A DNA stretch of 64,000 nt from Eledone cirrhosa (Eukaryota). The position numbers and the translations under genes are program-made. Location: the NCBI GenBank assembly GCA_964016885.1, contig OZ024741.1, forward strand, positions 158,968,001-159,032,000, in the 5' to 3' direction. The notes beneath the pieces were generated by a model, which saw nothing but the letters and a program-made list of their open reading frames with translations, did no database searches and was not told the origin of the DNA. Positions 12,606 to 26,240 of this stretch are shown here, in pieces. The number at the start of each line of letters is the position of its first letter. Within the stretch, counting starts at the first letter, position 1.

Positions 12606-12919
12606 ATCATCATCATCATTTTACGTCCACTTTTCCCTGCTTGCAAGGGTGGGATTTCTACAGCTGGATGCCCTTCCTAACACCAACCTCATTTACAGTG
12701 AGCGCTGGGTGCTTTTTTGCCGTGGCACCTCCACGACCACTTTGCAGTGGAATGATAGGGACTCCAGTCCTATCATCTGATTTCTACAGCTGAGTAAACT
12801 GGAGCAATGTGAAATAAAGTGTCTTGCTCAAGGAAACAACACATCACCCAGTCTGAGAATTGAACTCACAACCTTTCGATTGCAAGGCCAATGCTCTAAT
12901 CACTAAGCCATGTGCCTCC
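12606..12919 (-). mobile_element. SINE family A copy
   Basis: Near-identical to the other copies, with a ~21-nt deletion near the tail. Confidence 0.9.
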
Positions 12920-13095
12920 ATTATACATATGTATACATATATATATATATAATAGACACACACATACATATATAGATATATATACACACATATATACATA
13001 TGTATGGATCCGTAACTCCTGTGTGTTGTGGGGGCACTGTATTAACATACAGATTTCTAGGGCATTTTTTTAAACCTGGCAGAGCCCATATCATG

Positions 13096-13151
<56 letters not shown>

Positions 13152-13884
13152 AACATACATATGTAAAGATACGAATTTCAAAGAAGGTAAGGAAGAGCGA
13201 ATGTAAACATAATTATTACGTTTAAGTTAAATTAGTATTAATATATCTAATTAAAGACAGCATAAAGAAAAACGAACTAGAAATAAATATATATGGAGGA
13301 ATGAGACTAATATTAACAAAAGACTAACATTGTTCTCTAAACATGTGTTGTGCTAACATTTTCTATAGACCTGTATATTTTTTAGCATATTTTTTAGCAT
13401 ATATTTCTTATCATATTTTTTTAAACATATATTGCCCTAACAGTTTTCTAAAAACATATAGCTTCCTCTAAATATGTATTGTCTTAGTATATTTTTCTAA
13501 ATATATTTTGGCCTAATATTATTTTCCTCTAAACATGTTATTCATAATATTTTTCTCTAAATATGAATTTGCCTTTCATCCTTACAGGGTCGATAAAATA
13601 AAGTACCAGTAATACACTGGGATAATTGCTGGCCTTGTGCCAAAAGTAGAAACAATTATTTTTCTGAACATGTATATTATACCATGTTCTCTTAAATATG
13701 TATTATTCTAAGTTAGTTCCTAACATATCTTTCTAACACATTTTAATATTGTATTCTTACTACAACAATAAATGTACAGTCTTGCATATATATTTAGGGA
13801 TTCCTTTATCATGACCTAGGCAAAGAAGGTGATATGCTTCCTAGATGAATAATGCACATGTTCAGAACCACAGTAGGTAGTGTG

Positions 13885-14165
13885 GAGGTGCGTGGCTTTG
13901 TGGTAAGGATGCAGGACTTATAATCATAATGTTGTGGGTTCAATTCCTGGGATGGGTTGCATGTTGTGTTCTTGAGCAAAACACTTCATGTCACGTTGCT
14001 TCAATATAGTCAGCTGAAAATGAGTACCAGCACTATTTGGGAGTTTAACCCTGCATCGGACTGGCGTCCTGTCCAGGGGGAAGCCTTGTACTCTCAGTTG
14101 CTTCATGCCATGAAACCGGGACAAGCACTGGCCTAACGAGCCTTCTGGCTTAAGATAGACTTTAA
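13885..14165 (+). mobile_element. tRNA-derived SINE with CORE-like centre and a different 3' end (related copy at ~7870-8160)
   Basis: TGGCTTTGTGG...GTTCAATTCC, then CTTGAGCAAAACACTTCA; ends AGACTTTA. Confidence 0.6.
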
Positions 14166-14279
14166 ACAGTAGGTAGTACCACGGTAGCTAGTAACACTGT
14201 AAGTAGGTAACAGCATAATAATTCCAGTCAATGTTTCATTTTTTTAAGATACTGAGGCCAACTTCCTCCCCATGGATTT

Positions 14280-17096
14280 TACTACTCCAGTTTTAAGTCA
14301 ATAACCACACACTACCCCCAGTTAGACAATAACCACACACTACCCCCAGTTTTAAGTCAATAACCACACACTACCCCCAGTTTTAAGTCAATAACCACAC
14401 TACCCCCAATTAGACAATAACCACACACTACCCCCAGTTAAACAATAACCACACACTACCTCCCAGATAGACAATAACCACACACTACCCCCAGTTTTAA
14501 GTCAATAACCACACACTACTCCCAGTTAGACAATAACCACACACTACCCCCCAGTTTTAAATCAATAACCACACACTACCCCCAGTTAGACAATAACCAC
14601 ACACTACCCCCAGTTAGACAATAACCACACACTACCCCCAGTTAGACAATAACCACACACTACCCCCACTTATAAGACAATAACGACACACTACCCCCAG
14701 TTAGACAATAACCACACACTACCCCCAGTTAGACAATAACCACACATTACCCCCAGTTTTAAGTCAATAACCACACACTACCCCCAGTTAGACAATAACC
14801 ACACACTACCCCCAGTTAGACAATAACCACACACTACCCCCAGTTTTAAGTCAATAACCACACACTACTCCCAGTTAGACAATAACCACACACTACCCTC
14901 AGTTTTAAGTTAATAACCACACACTACCCCCAGTTAGACAATAACCACACACTACCCCAACTTATAAGTCAATAACCACACACTACCCCCAGTTTTTAGT
15001 CAATAACCACACTACCCCCAGTTAAACAATAACCACACACTACCCCCAGTTTTAAGTCAATAACCACACTACCCCCAGTTAGACAATAACCACACACTAC
15101 CCCCAGTTTTAAGTCAATAACCACACACTACCCCCAGTTTTAAGTCAATAACCACACACTACCCCCAGTTTTAAGTCAATAACCACACACTACCCCCAGT
15201 TTTAAGTCAATAACCACACACTACTCCCAGTTAGACAATAACCACACACTACCCCCAGTTAGACAATAACCACACACTACCCCCAGTTTTAAGTCAATAA
15301 CCACACACTACCCCCAGTTTTAAGTCAATAACCACACTACCCCCAATTAGACAATAACCACACACTACCCCCAGTTAAACAATAACCACACACTACCTCC
15401 CAGATAGACAATAACCACACACTACCCCCACTTATAAGACAATAACCACACACTACCCCCAGTTAGACAATAACCACACACTACCCCCAGTTAGACAATA
15501 ACCACACACTACCCCCACTTATAAGACAATAACCACACACTACCCCCAGTTAGACAATTACCACACACTACCCCCAGTTAGACAATAACCACACACTACC
15601 CCCACTTATAAGACAATAACCACACACTACCCCCAGTTAGACAATTACCACACACTACCCCCAGTTAGACAATAACCACACACTACCCCGTTAGACAATA
15701 ACCACACACTACCCCCAGTTAGACAATAACCACACACTACCCCCAGTTAGACAATTACCACACACTACCCCCACTTATAAGACAATAACCACACACTACC
15801 CCCACTTATAAGACAATAACCACACACTACCCCCAGTTAGACAATAACCACACACTACCCCCACTTATAAGACAATAACCACACACTACCCCCAGTTAGA
15901 CAATAACCACACACTACCCCCACTTATAAGACAATAACCACACACTACCCCCAGTTAGACAATAACCACACACTACCCCCACTTATAAGACAATAACCAC
16001 ACACTACCCCCAGTTAGACAATAACCACACACTACCCCCACTTATAAGACAATAACCACACACTACCCCCAGTTAGACAATTACCACACACTACCCCCAC
16101 TTATAAGACAATAACCACACACTACCCCCACTTATAAGACAATAACCACACACTACCCCCAGTTAGACAATAACCACACACTACCCCACTTATAAGACAA
16201 TAACCACACACTACCCCCAGTTAGACAATAACCACACACTACCCCCACTTATAAGACAATAACCACACACTACCCCCAGTTAGACAATAACCACACACTA
16301 CCCCCAGTTAGACAATAACCACACACTACCCCCAGTTAGACAATTACCACACACTACCCCCAGTTAGACAATAACCACACACTACCCCCACTTATAAGAC
16401 AATAACCACACACTACCCCCAGTTAGACAATTACCACACACTACCCCCAGTTAGACAATAACCACACACTACCCCGTTAGACAATAACCACACACTACCC
16501 CCACTTATAAGACAATAACCACACACTACCCCCACTTATAAGACAATAACCACACACTACCCCGTTAGACAATAACCACACACTACCCCCACTTATAAGA
16601 CAATAACCACACACTACCCCCAGTTAGACAATAACCACACACTACCCCCACTTATAAGACAATAACCACACACTACCCCCAGTTAGACAATTACCACACA
16701 CTACCCCCAGTTAGACAATAACCACACACTACCTCCCCACTTATAAGACAATAACCACACACTACCCCCAGTTAGACAATAACCACACACTACCTCCCCA
16801 GTTATGTGACAATAACCACACACTACCCCCAGTTAGACAATAACCACACACTACCTCCCCAGTTATGTGACAATAACCACACACTACCCCCAGTTAGACA
16901 ATAACCACACACTACCACTTATAAGACAATAACCACACACTACCTCCCCAGTTATGTGACAATAACCACACACTACCCCCAGTTAGACAATAACCATACA
17001 CTACCTCCCCAGTTATGTGACAATAACCACACACTACCCCCAGTTAGACAATAACCATACACTACCTCCCCAGTTATGTGACAATAACCACACACT
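14280..17096. repeat. Minisatellite array with a 28-33 bp unit, consensus CAATAACCACACACTACCCCCAGTTAGA, roughly 95 units
   Basis: Directly visible tandem array. Variant linkers GTTAGA, GTTTTAAGT, CTTATAAGA and GTTATGTGA. Confidence 0.97.
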
Positions 17097-17257
17097 TAAC
17101 CATCTTTATTTTATTCAGACATGGAGTAATATTATTACATTATCTAATATGTTATTTCTTATAGTAATTTACTCCTAGATGTTTCTTGATCCAGAAAATC
17201 TACAATTAAAGTTGTTCTAACTATGACCAATGTAAAGGTTGTCTCCTCAGCTGAATT

Positions 17258-18126
17258 AGGATCCTATACTCAATCAGATAAGCTAAATAGAGCTAGAATC
17301 AAGCTAGATCAGAGAAGTGTTTGAGTTGGGCCAGTTGACATGGGTCCATGATTTTGAAGGTGGGTGTGCATGGAGGTAATTAATTAACTTATATAGGTTA
17401 CTGGTATATACCAGTAACCCAAACATATATTATATCTATTTAATTCTGATTATTAAAATATAGAGTAAGAGTTTGATATAGGAATACTTTTCACATCTCG
17501 TCAGCTTTGATGAGTACATTTTACATCTAGCTTGAGCTAACTACTAGCTTTGGGGACCAGCATTTTGTAATAGTGTATGGCCTAGTGATTATGCTGTTTG
17601 GCTCATAATGGTAGGGTCATGGGTTTAATCCTGAATTGGGCAGTATGCTGTATCCTTAAGCAAATCTGCTAATCTAAAAAAAAGCATTAATAAATGTATC
17701 ACCAGAATAAAGTCAATGAAACTAAGACAGGTTCTGTCCTAGTCTGCCTGTGGGTTTTGTAGAGAGTTTAATTTTAACCTGGACCTATAACTAGTTTTAC
17801 ACAGGCCTGGCTAGAATATACAACAGGTATTCCTCAATTTATGACCAGGTTCCATTCTAACTAACCAGTTGTATATTGATATGGATTTAATTTGAAGATC
17901 TACACATAAGACCTGGGAGAGTATTTTATAGGCATTACTCATAGGATCCTTTACTCAATCAGATAAGCCATGTAGAGCTAGAATCAAGCTACATCAAAGG
18001 AAGTGTGTGAGTTGGGCCAATTGACATGGGTACATGACTTTGAAGACAAGTGTGAGGGGGTGGCTGTCTAATCAATTCAAGTTATAGTTCTTATATACAT
18101 GTACGTATATATATACCAGTAACCCA
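17258..18126 (+). repeat. Pair of diverged ~160-180 bp direct repeats (17258-17420 and 17942-18126)
   Basis: Both start TAGGATCCT.TACTCAATCAGATAAGC and end TATATACCAGTAACCCAA. Confidence 0.85.
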
Positions 18127-18429
18127 ATAAAGAATTTGCTTGACTTAGGAAACATTGGGAAAATTTGAAATGTGTGCATCCCAACACAAATGAACATAAT
18201 ATAGTTGATCACTATAAATCACAGTTGAGAAAATTATGTAAAGTACCACTGGACAGAATTGCACCTGTGTCTACATTTTTCATCTCAAGGGTTCCTTTAC
18301 CCAATTTTCTTCACTATCATTTATAGTGAAATACTCTTATGATCATTTACATTGGAACACATGCTTTTCAAGTTTTATTTTATCTTTTTATACATTATTG
18401 TATGTATTCACTTATGCATATAGTAAGGC

Positions 18430-18630
18430 ATAGATATTGCAGTGGAGACTGCTGGTGTCCTTGGTCCTAGGACCACCCCTTTACTCACTGCCATCAGCAC
18501 AGAGTTAGCTACCCATAAGTGTGAGACTCAGAAGCTGGAATGGCTCTTTCAACACGTCTCCCTCACCATCCTCTGGAGAAATGCCTTCTCTATTCTGTTC
18601 ACCAAGGAAGCCAGTGTGTCGGCCCCCATT
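18430..18630 (+). mobile_element. 3' fragment of CRE-like LINE
   Basis: IAVETAGVLGP...LEWLFQHVSLTILWRNAFSIL matches the AVET.G.WG...FQR.S..I.RGNA C-terminal pattern. Confidence 0.6.
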
Positions 18631-18926
18631 TTCTTATAATAGTGAGAGATAGCAAGAGCAAGAGAAACAGTAACAATGGGAATTTGATTCCATTATGTTC
18701 AGACCTATTATTTAGCATTTAACAGAGTAAATTTTGGATATCACCTGTCTGTGAATATATGTTTGGGTTTGGGAATATTTGAATATAACTATTGAAGCAT
18801 AACAGATGACAAGAGTAAAATCCACATGTGTGCACACGCAGAAATATAAATGGCTGTAACTGCAAGTGGTCATATCTCAAGGAATTCTGAATATACTTTA
18901 GCTCCAAGGAATGTCATGTTGGCTTA

Positions 18927-19140
18927 CCCCTCTAGCATTTAAACAGGCCATATCTGGCAAGAATTCTATCACCACTTTCTGTTCAAACTGGTCATACCTG
19001 GCCACTCATACTGATGTTAAGGTATTATTCTCAAAATAAATAATATCAAAATCTCGTAGATTCGATATTATGTGAGGAAAAGCCTTTTTCCATGAAAATA
19101 TAATAATATATATAGAATAATGTAAATGCTAAAGGGTTAA
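18927..19140 (-). mobile_element. TTAA-flanked MITE family E (copies at ~52760-52928 and 60368-60587)
   Basis: Ends CCCTCTAGCATTTA and TAAATGCTAAAGGGTTAA. Confidence 0.75.
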
Positions 19141-20989
19141 ATAATTCAGCAGCTTGCACTAACAGTAAATGAGCTTAACACATTCACACACACATGAGAG
19201 AGTGAGAGAGAGCATGTAAAAGAGAGACAAGGAAAGTGAAGTCAGACTGATGTAAGGGAGCTAACCAATTGTTGTTTATATCTTCAGTCATGGGGGATTA
19301 AAAAAAAATTATTGAATGTGCATGTTGCATGTATGTGTGTGTATGTCAGTATATGTTTGCATGAATGAGTCTATGTATGTGTGTGTTTGTATGATGAAAC
19401 CAGGGTCATGCATTCTTGGTTGACAAGGGAGGCAATACCCACTCAGACTAAAACTATAAAATATCAAATATAGAATGTAAATTATTAACTAAGTACTAGT
19501 AATACACTGAAATATCTGCCCTCTAGTTATGAGCCACTGAGCCTATGTTAGAAATTATTATTGTAAGCAATACTGATTCGAAATTTAGGCACATGGCCTG
19601 CAAATAGGTAAAGTTGATTAATCAACCACAGTACTTGACCTTGGCAGAATTTGAAATGAGAATGTTAAGAGTCATAACATGACATTTTACCCGATGCTCA
19701 ACTAATTCTGCCAATATACCATCCCTTGTATTGTAAGTAGTATTAAAGTAGTGCAGATGGCTGGGGGAAACATAACATTACAGAATTTTATTTTGTCCCT
19801 CTTTGATTCAAGTTAAGATCCTAACAGGACAGGTTGTATATATCACTGTTTTGGTGTTAGAAGACCAGTAACAGTAATATATAATAAACACAGGTCTTGG
19901 TTCCAGATAAAAGACTATAGAGGGTACAGAAGACAATAGGAGTAGACTATAGACAGTATAGAAAACTATACGTGGTAGATTATGAAGGGTATAGGTGATG
20001 GATTATAGAAGGTATAGATGGTTGATTGCAGAGGGTATTAGTGGTGGATTATAGCAGCTAAAAAACATAGAAAAGAAGCCTATATTTATCCACTCATCTT
20101 GTTAGAAATAGCAATAACATTTTACTGAAATTTCAACCCAGAAGAGTGGTTTCCCCTAAAATTTACACTGGTGATATATTTCTTAAAAATATGATTTTTC
20201 AAGCCACATAAAATAAGAATTGGTACTGTTGCTGGTCACACAGAGGAATTATTAGCCACCAAAGACATCAACATCTACCATAGGCAGACTGGAGGGCAAG
20301 ATTTGTTGTTGCCAATGACAACTTAATCTATCACATAACAGTTAGGGAAAAGAAAAAAGAGGCAAATGTATGTATCTATGTATGTGTGAGTATAACTATG
20401 CATATATGTATGCATGTATGTATATGTGAAAGTATGTTTGCATGTATGTGAGTGTGTTTGTGTGAGTGCATGAATGTATGTGTAAATTAATATATGTATT
20501 TGTGAATGTATGTGTGAATGTGTAGGTCCCTATATATACATAGGAATATATACGTGAGTTTGTGTTTGAATGCAAAAATGAAAATAAAAATAAAATAAAA
20601 ATAAAACAAAACAAAATAAAAATTCCATCAAAAGAATTTATTCCATATATATATATCGGTGTATATATATATACATACATATATATATATATATATAGGT
20701 ATATATCAAATTACATAAAAAGGCAATAACAAAAATTATAAATAATAATAAATAAACATACCCACAAAAACAATAAAGCAAAGCGATAACCAAAACCATG
20801 TATGTGTATATAAGGTAAGTCTACATATTTGAATATATATATACATATATATATACATACACACACATATATATATACCTATACAAACAGACATTTTATA
20901 TATATATGTACAATATATATATATATATATACATAAATATATATATATATATACAATATATATGTATATACACATAAATATATACATAT

Positions 20990-21032
<43 letters not shown>

Positions 21033-21444
21033 CACATGCAAATTCATTTTTGGTCCATTGAAATTTTTGGGAGTTCTCTCCCTCGTTGCCATTGCAATTT
21101 CAAGTAAAAAATAATTTTGGCTTAGCACCTCTAATATGGCTGCGTGCACATAGCCATATATATACAAGTGGAAAAAGGAAATGTAGTAAATTTATCTAGG
21201 CATAATTTGAACTTAATAACCATTGGTGTGGTTGTAACATAGTAAGAAAGAATTATCGGTTCTATGTTATACCTAATCGGAATTGTAAAGTCTGACTAAC
21301 TACATACACACGTGGATGAGGTTTCATATGTAATCATAAAGTGGCCTCCTAAATCAGAAACCATATATCATCATAAAGAGAAAATGGGGACGACACCCAT
21401 ACAAATATACACTTACAGTATTGAAACATATACAGTTACACATG

Positions 21445-21965
21445 TATTCACACACACACACACATATATATATAGACATATAGACTTACTCATTCACACA
21501 CATATATAGACAGACATACATACTCATTCACACACACACACACATATATATATATATAGACAAATAGACTTACTCATTCACACACATATATAGACAGACA
21601 TACATACTCATTCACACACACACACACACACATATATATAGACAAATAAACTTACTCATTCACACACACACACACATATATATAGACAAATAAACTTACT
21701 CATTCACACACACACACATATATATATAGATAAATAGACATACTCATTCACACACACACATATATATAGACAAATAGACACACTCATTCACACATACACA
21801 CATGCATTCATACACACATATAGAGAAATAGACACACACACAGATATATAAGCATTCATACACATAAATAGATATTTAGAAACATCCACAGAATATTCAT
21901 GCATTCACACACATACATATATAAAAATAGAGATACAGACACACACACATACAGTATTCACATAC
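21445..21965. repeat. Compound minisatellite (~40-46 bp unit TACTCATTCA(CA)n(TA)nGACAAATAGAC)
   Basis: Visible tandem units that decay rightwards. Confidence 0.85.
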
Positions 21966-22154
21966 ATTAGTATGATTTGACATTGACTCAGTAGGTGAGA
22001 GAAGTACCCAAAGGTTTAAATTACCTCCCTCCCTTTTCCCCCAGTACATATCTGGTACCTAATTTTATCATCAATTGGAAAGTTGACAGGCAAAGCTGAT
22101 GTTGGCAGCATGCTGGTATAATGAAAATGATGAGGACCACAATGGTTATGTCAA

Positions 22155-23145
22155 TAATTGTTTTTACATTTGGCATAAGGCCAGCAATTTTGTGGCGAGA
22201 AGAAAGTTGATTAAATCGACCTCAGTGCATTACTGGTACTTTATTTTATCGACTCCATAAGAATGGAAGGCAAAGTTAACCTTGGCAGGATTTGAACTCA
22301 GAACGTAAAAGGCCTTAACTAAATGTTACAAAGCATTTTCTCTGATGCTCTACCGATTCTGCCAATCTACAACAATAATAATAATAACAACAACATCAAC
22401 AATAACAATGATAACGATTTCTGATTTTGGCACAAGGCTAGCAATTTAGAAGGAAAAGTCAAATGAATCAATCCCATTTCTTGACTGGTACTTTATTTTA
22501 TTAACACTGGAGGATGAAAGACAAAGATGACCTTAGCGAAATTTGAACTCAGAATGTAAAGAACTGCTATGCAATTGTCCGATCCTCTATTGACTCAGCA
22601 AATCAACCAGTCTGTTGATGATGAAATATGCTATCTTAAGTCTACTGACTTCAAATCACAAACTACTCTCCTTCAAAAGACTGCCCTGCTGCACACTGCA
22701 CATATATTCAGGAAATTACTATCTAAGGTCCTTGTTGAGACCCGACAAACAGTAGAAGATCCAGTAATTATCATATTTCCTGTGTAAATCAATGATATTT
22801 GAGGGAAAGAGAGAGTTGATTACATCAACCCCACTGTTTGACTGGTACTTTATTTTATCGACTCCCAGAAGGATGAAAGCAAAATTGACCTTAGCAGCTT
22901 TTGAACTCAGAATGTAAAGAGTTATAACTAAATATTACAAAGCATTTTTCTCCAACATTCCAATGATTCTAATAATAATAATTGTTCCTACTTTAGGCAC
23001 AAGGCCAACAATTTTTTGGGGAGGGTAAAGTTGACCCCAGTGCATTACTGGTGCTTTATTTCATCAACCCCGTAAAGATGAAAACCAAAACTAACCTCAG
23101 CAGGATTTGAACATAAAGTGGTGTAACTCTATGCTGCGAAGCAGG
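22155..23145 (-). mobile_element. Cluster of four same-orientation SINE family B copies, with an R4-like LINE 3' scrap at ~22665-22760 (+)
   Basis: Repeated GGCACAAGGCCAGCAATT...GGTACTTTATTTTATCGAC...GATTTGAACTCAGAA. The peptide LLQKTALLHTAHIFRKLLS resembles the R4/Dong C-terminus. Confidence 0.8.
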
Positions 23146-23164
23146 TTGTCTCCATTGGTCATCC

Positions 23165-23660
23165 CCCAATCAGATCTATGATACTAGCCCCTGGTCTTCT
23201 ATAGTAGATAGGTCATCTGTGATCCTCTCTAGGGTACCAAGGTAGCCTCTGCTCATTTCTACATGGACAGATTGATGGTACAGTGGTGATCTATGGTCAT
23301 CTATGGTAGAGAAGACGCCTCAGATCATTTATACATAAATAGATATGTGGTACAGCAGTCAGCTGTGGTTACCTATAGATGGAGAGATCTCTGGTACAGA
23401 GGTCACCTCATGTAATTTATAGATGGATATCTTTGGTAGACAGGTGACTTGTGGTTATGTCTAGATGAATATACTGGTGATAGAGAGGTCACATGTGGTT
23501 GTCTATAGATGGACAGATCTATGGTACAAAGGACATCTGCAGTCAGCTATGCATGGACAGATTGATGGTAGAGAGGTCAGCTGTGATACAGGGGTCATCT
23601 CAGATGAACAGATCTATGGCAGAAAGGTCATCTATGATATAGAGGTAGCCTCTGGTCACT
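23165..23660 (+). repeat. Degenerate minisatellite (ATCTATGGTACAGAGGTCA-like unit), with a second array at ~26690-27110
   Basis: The same motif recurs at both loci, and both arrays end AGAG.TAGCCTCTGGTCA. Confidence 0.75.
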
Positions 23661-24105
23661 TCTTCCTGGCATTAACGATACATACATGGTGGAGGTGAAC
23701 TCGTATGAGAGTATAACCACTTCCAAGACACAGACAGCATCTCTTAAAGGTGTATAATAGCATATCTTAAAAATATGCAGCAGCATTTTCTGAGGTTTTT
23801 CATACATATTATCAGCAACGATTTTACACCTGCTTTTCCACATTGGCTTAGGTTGGAGAAGACTCTTTTGACGCAGTTTTTCTATGGACAGGTGCTCTTC
23901 CTGATGTCAACGTCTAAGTATAGTAAATATATCATGCATCTTCGTTGAACCATTTAGCTTCATAACATTGTTTATGCAGGACATAAAGAAAAGTCACCCC
24001 TTTAAACGGTTTCAATATGAAGATTCATGAAGAGAAAAGAATTAAACACACATACACAGTTATACACACGTACACATATATTCATATATATATATATATA
24101 TATAT

Positions 24106-24235
24106 ATAGTTATGTAATAAACAACATAAGATAATTATTTCATTTACCAGTGGTTTCTTGAAAGCAGATTTGTTTGCTTTCAAGAAACCACTAGTAAATG
24201 AAATAATTATCTTATGTTGTTTATTACATAACTAT
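24106..24235. repeat. Near-perfect inverted repeat (~61 bp arms, 1 mismatch) inside (TA)n
   Basis: 24106-24166 is the reverse complement of 24175-24235. Confidence 0.95.
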
Positions 24236-24915
24236 TAAGCTCTGTAACCTACATAGAGCACTCTTTTTCCTGGACCTTTCTGACGGAATTACTTCATTCA
24301 TATATATATATATATATATAGATATATATATAGTCGATCAACAAGATCCTAGACCTCATTCGCTTATTGAGTGGGGTGGAGCTCGTTAAATTGGACGGAG
24401 GAAATATATGTGTGTGTGTGTGTGTGTGTTTATATATGAATGATACATATAGATGACATGCATCCACACAGCTTTCATCTACTATATTTACTCAAGACAT
24501 TGGTCAGTAAGAGACTATAGTAGAAAACACCTTCACAAGGAGCCATGAAATAGTATTGCAAAGCAAACTACTTAACCACACAGCCATGCCTGTACCCCAT
24601 GTATGTATGTATATACATTCAGTTGAAAGCAGGCTCACTAGATTGAATGGGATATATAAACAACTATGAAGGTGTGTGGCTTAGTAGTTAGAGTATTCGG
24701 CTGACAATTGTAAGGTCATGTGTTTGATGTCCAGCAGCACATTGTGCCCTTGAGCAAGACACTTTATTTCACATAGCTCCAGTTCACTATGTAGGCAAAA
24801 GTGGGTTGTATTTGTAATTCAAAGGGCCAGGTATGTCAGATACTGTGTCATACTGAATATCCCTGAGAACTACATTAAGGGTAGACATGTTTTGGAATGT
24901 TCAGTCGCACACATT

Positions 24916-25107
24916 ATAATTGTTTCTACATTTGGCACAAAGCCAGCAATTATCCCAGTGCATTACTGGTACTTTATTTTATCGACCCCGTAAGGATGAG
25001 GGGCAAAGTTAACCTCGGCGGGATTTGAACTCAGAATGGCAAGGACAGTAACTCTATGCGTCAAAGCATGGCGTCCGATCCTCTACCGATACTGCCAATC
25101 CACCGCC
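24916..25107 (-). mobile_element. SINE family B, young full-length copy nested in a family C SINE
   Basis: Head GGGCGGTGGATTGGCAGTATCGG, B box GAGTTCAAATCC, tail GTGCCAAATGTAGAAACAATTAT. Flanked by a CACATTATAAT direct repeat (probable target-site duplication). Confidence 0.88.
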
Positions 25108-25678
25108 CTTCACACCACATTATAATACAAGATGGACTATAGTTATAATTCTAAGTTTTATAACTATGTCATACTGAATCTTAGCCCCTACACATTAATT
25201 TCATGAGCATGCTGTTCTGTTGAGTGACCCAACAGGAACACTCATCATCAAAACCAACAGAGGTTCAACACATAGACGACCAAGGAGTGGTGGCCATCAG
25301 TGGAAGGAAGCCATTTTGATGAATAACTAGTTATAAAGTAATTAAACAGATCACATTGAAATAGTTAATATAAAAATTAATATGAAGCATCTATTCTCCA
25401 TAACAGGAAATTCTTCATATGATGAATGTTGAACTAATAATTATCATGAGACTAATAGTATTATCACATTTCTGTATAAAAAGATAAGTTGCTATGACAA
25501 CAGTATCAGAGTAACTCTGGAAATTAATCAGTGATTCATGTGATAAATGAGTTATCTGTTGCTATGATGGTCTGCAAAACTGATTTTTCATTTAATATAT
25601 ATACACACACACACATATGTATATATATACATGAAATACATGAATATATATTATATATACATATATTCATACACACAC

Positions 25679-25745
<67 letters not shown>

Positions 25746-25939
25746 AATTTGCTGATGACCAATTCCTTCATTTATAGATTCTTTGATCCCTGCAAATCCC
25801 AATCATTGATGTGCAGCTTCAACACTGCATTACAACACATGTAAATGTTTGATTGGAGAAATTAAGTATTAATCTGCTTGCATCCCTCTTTTATTGTTTA
25901 TTGTAGTAGTACTGAGTGCTTTTCTCTTCCATACCTTCA

Positions 25940-26240
25940 AACTCCCCCTGCTGTGAATAGTAGTTAGTGATGCCTTCTAGTCTTGATGAGTTGGGGGCAT
26001 ACACCTCTTCAAATTGGTCACCAGCTGGTCTTTGTTCCTCCTTAAGTCCTTCAGCCAGTTCTTGTCAATGATGCAGCTTCAATCCTCCTCCAGCTGTAAA
26101 ACTACTGCAGTGAGTAATAGTTTGTGATGCCTGCTAGTCTTGTAGCATTAAGGTTATGCTCCCCTTCAAAGTAGTCACCAGCTGGTCTTTGTTCCACCTC
26201 TAGTCCTCCAGCCGGTTGCTGACAATGATGTAGCTGGAAA
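25940..26240 (+). repeat. Diverged tandem duplication of ~150 bp
   Basis: Two copies of GTGATGCCT.CTAGTCTTG...GTCACCAGCTGGTCTTTGTTCC...CAATGATG.AGCT. Confidence 0.8.

Noticed and set aside
14280-17096. CRISPR-like array (constant ~22 nt core with variable linkers)
   Set aside because: Linkers are 6-11 nt and recur rather than being unique spacers. There are no cas genes and the context is a eukaryotic intron.
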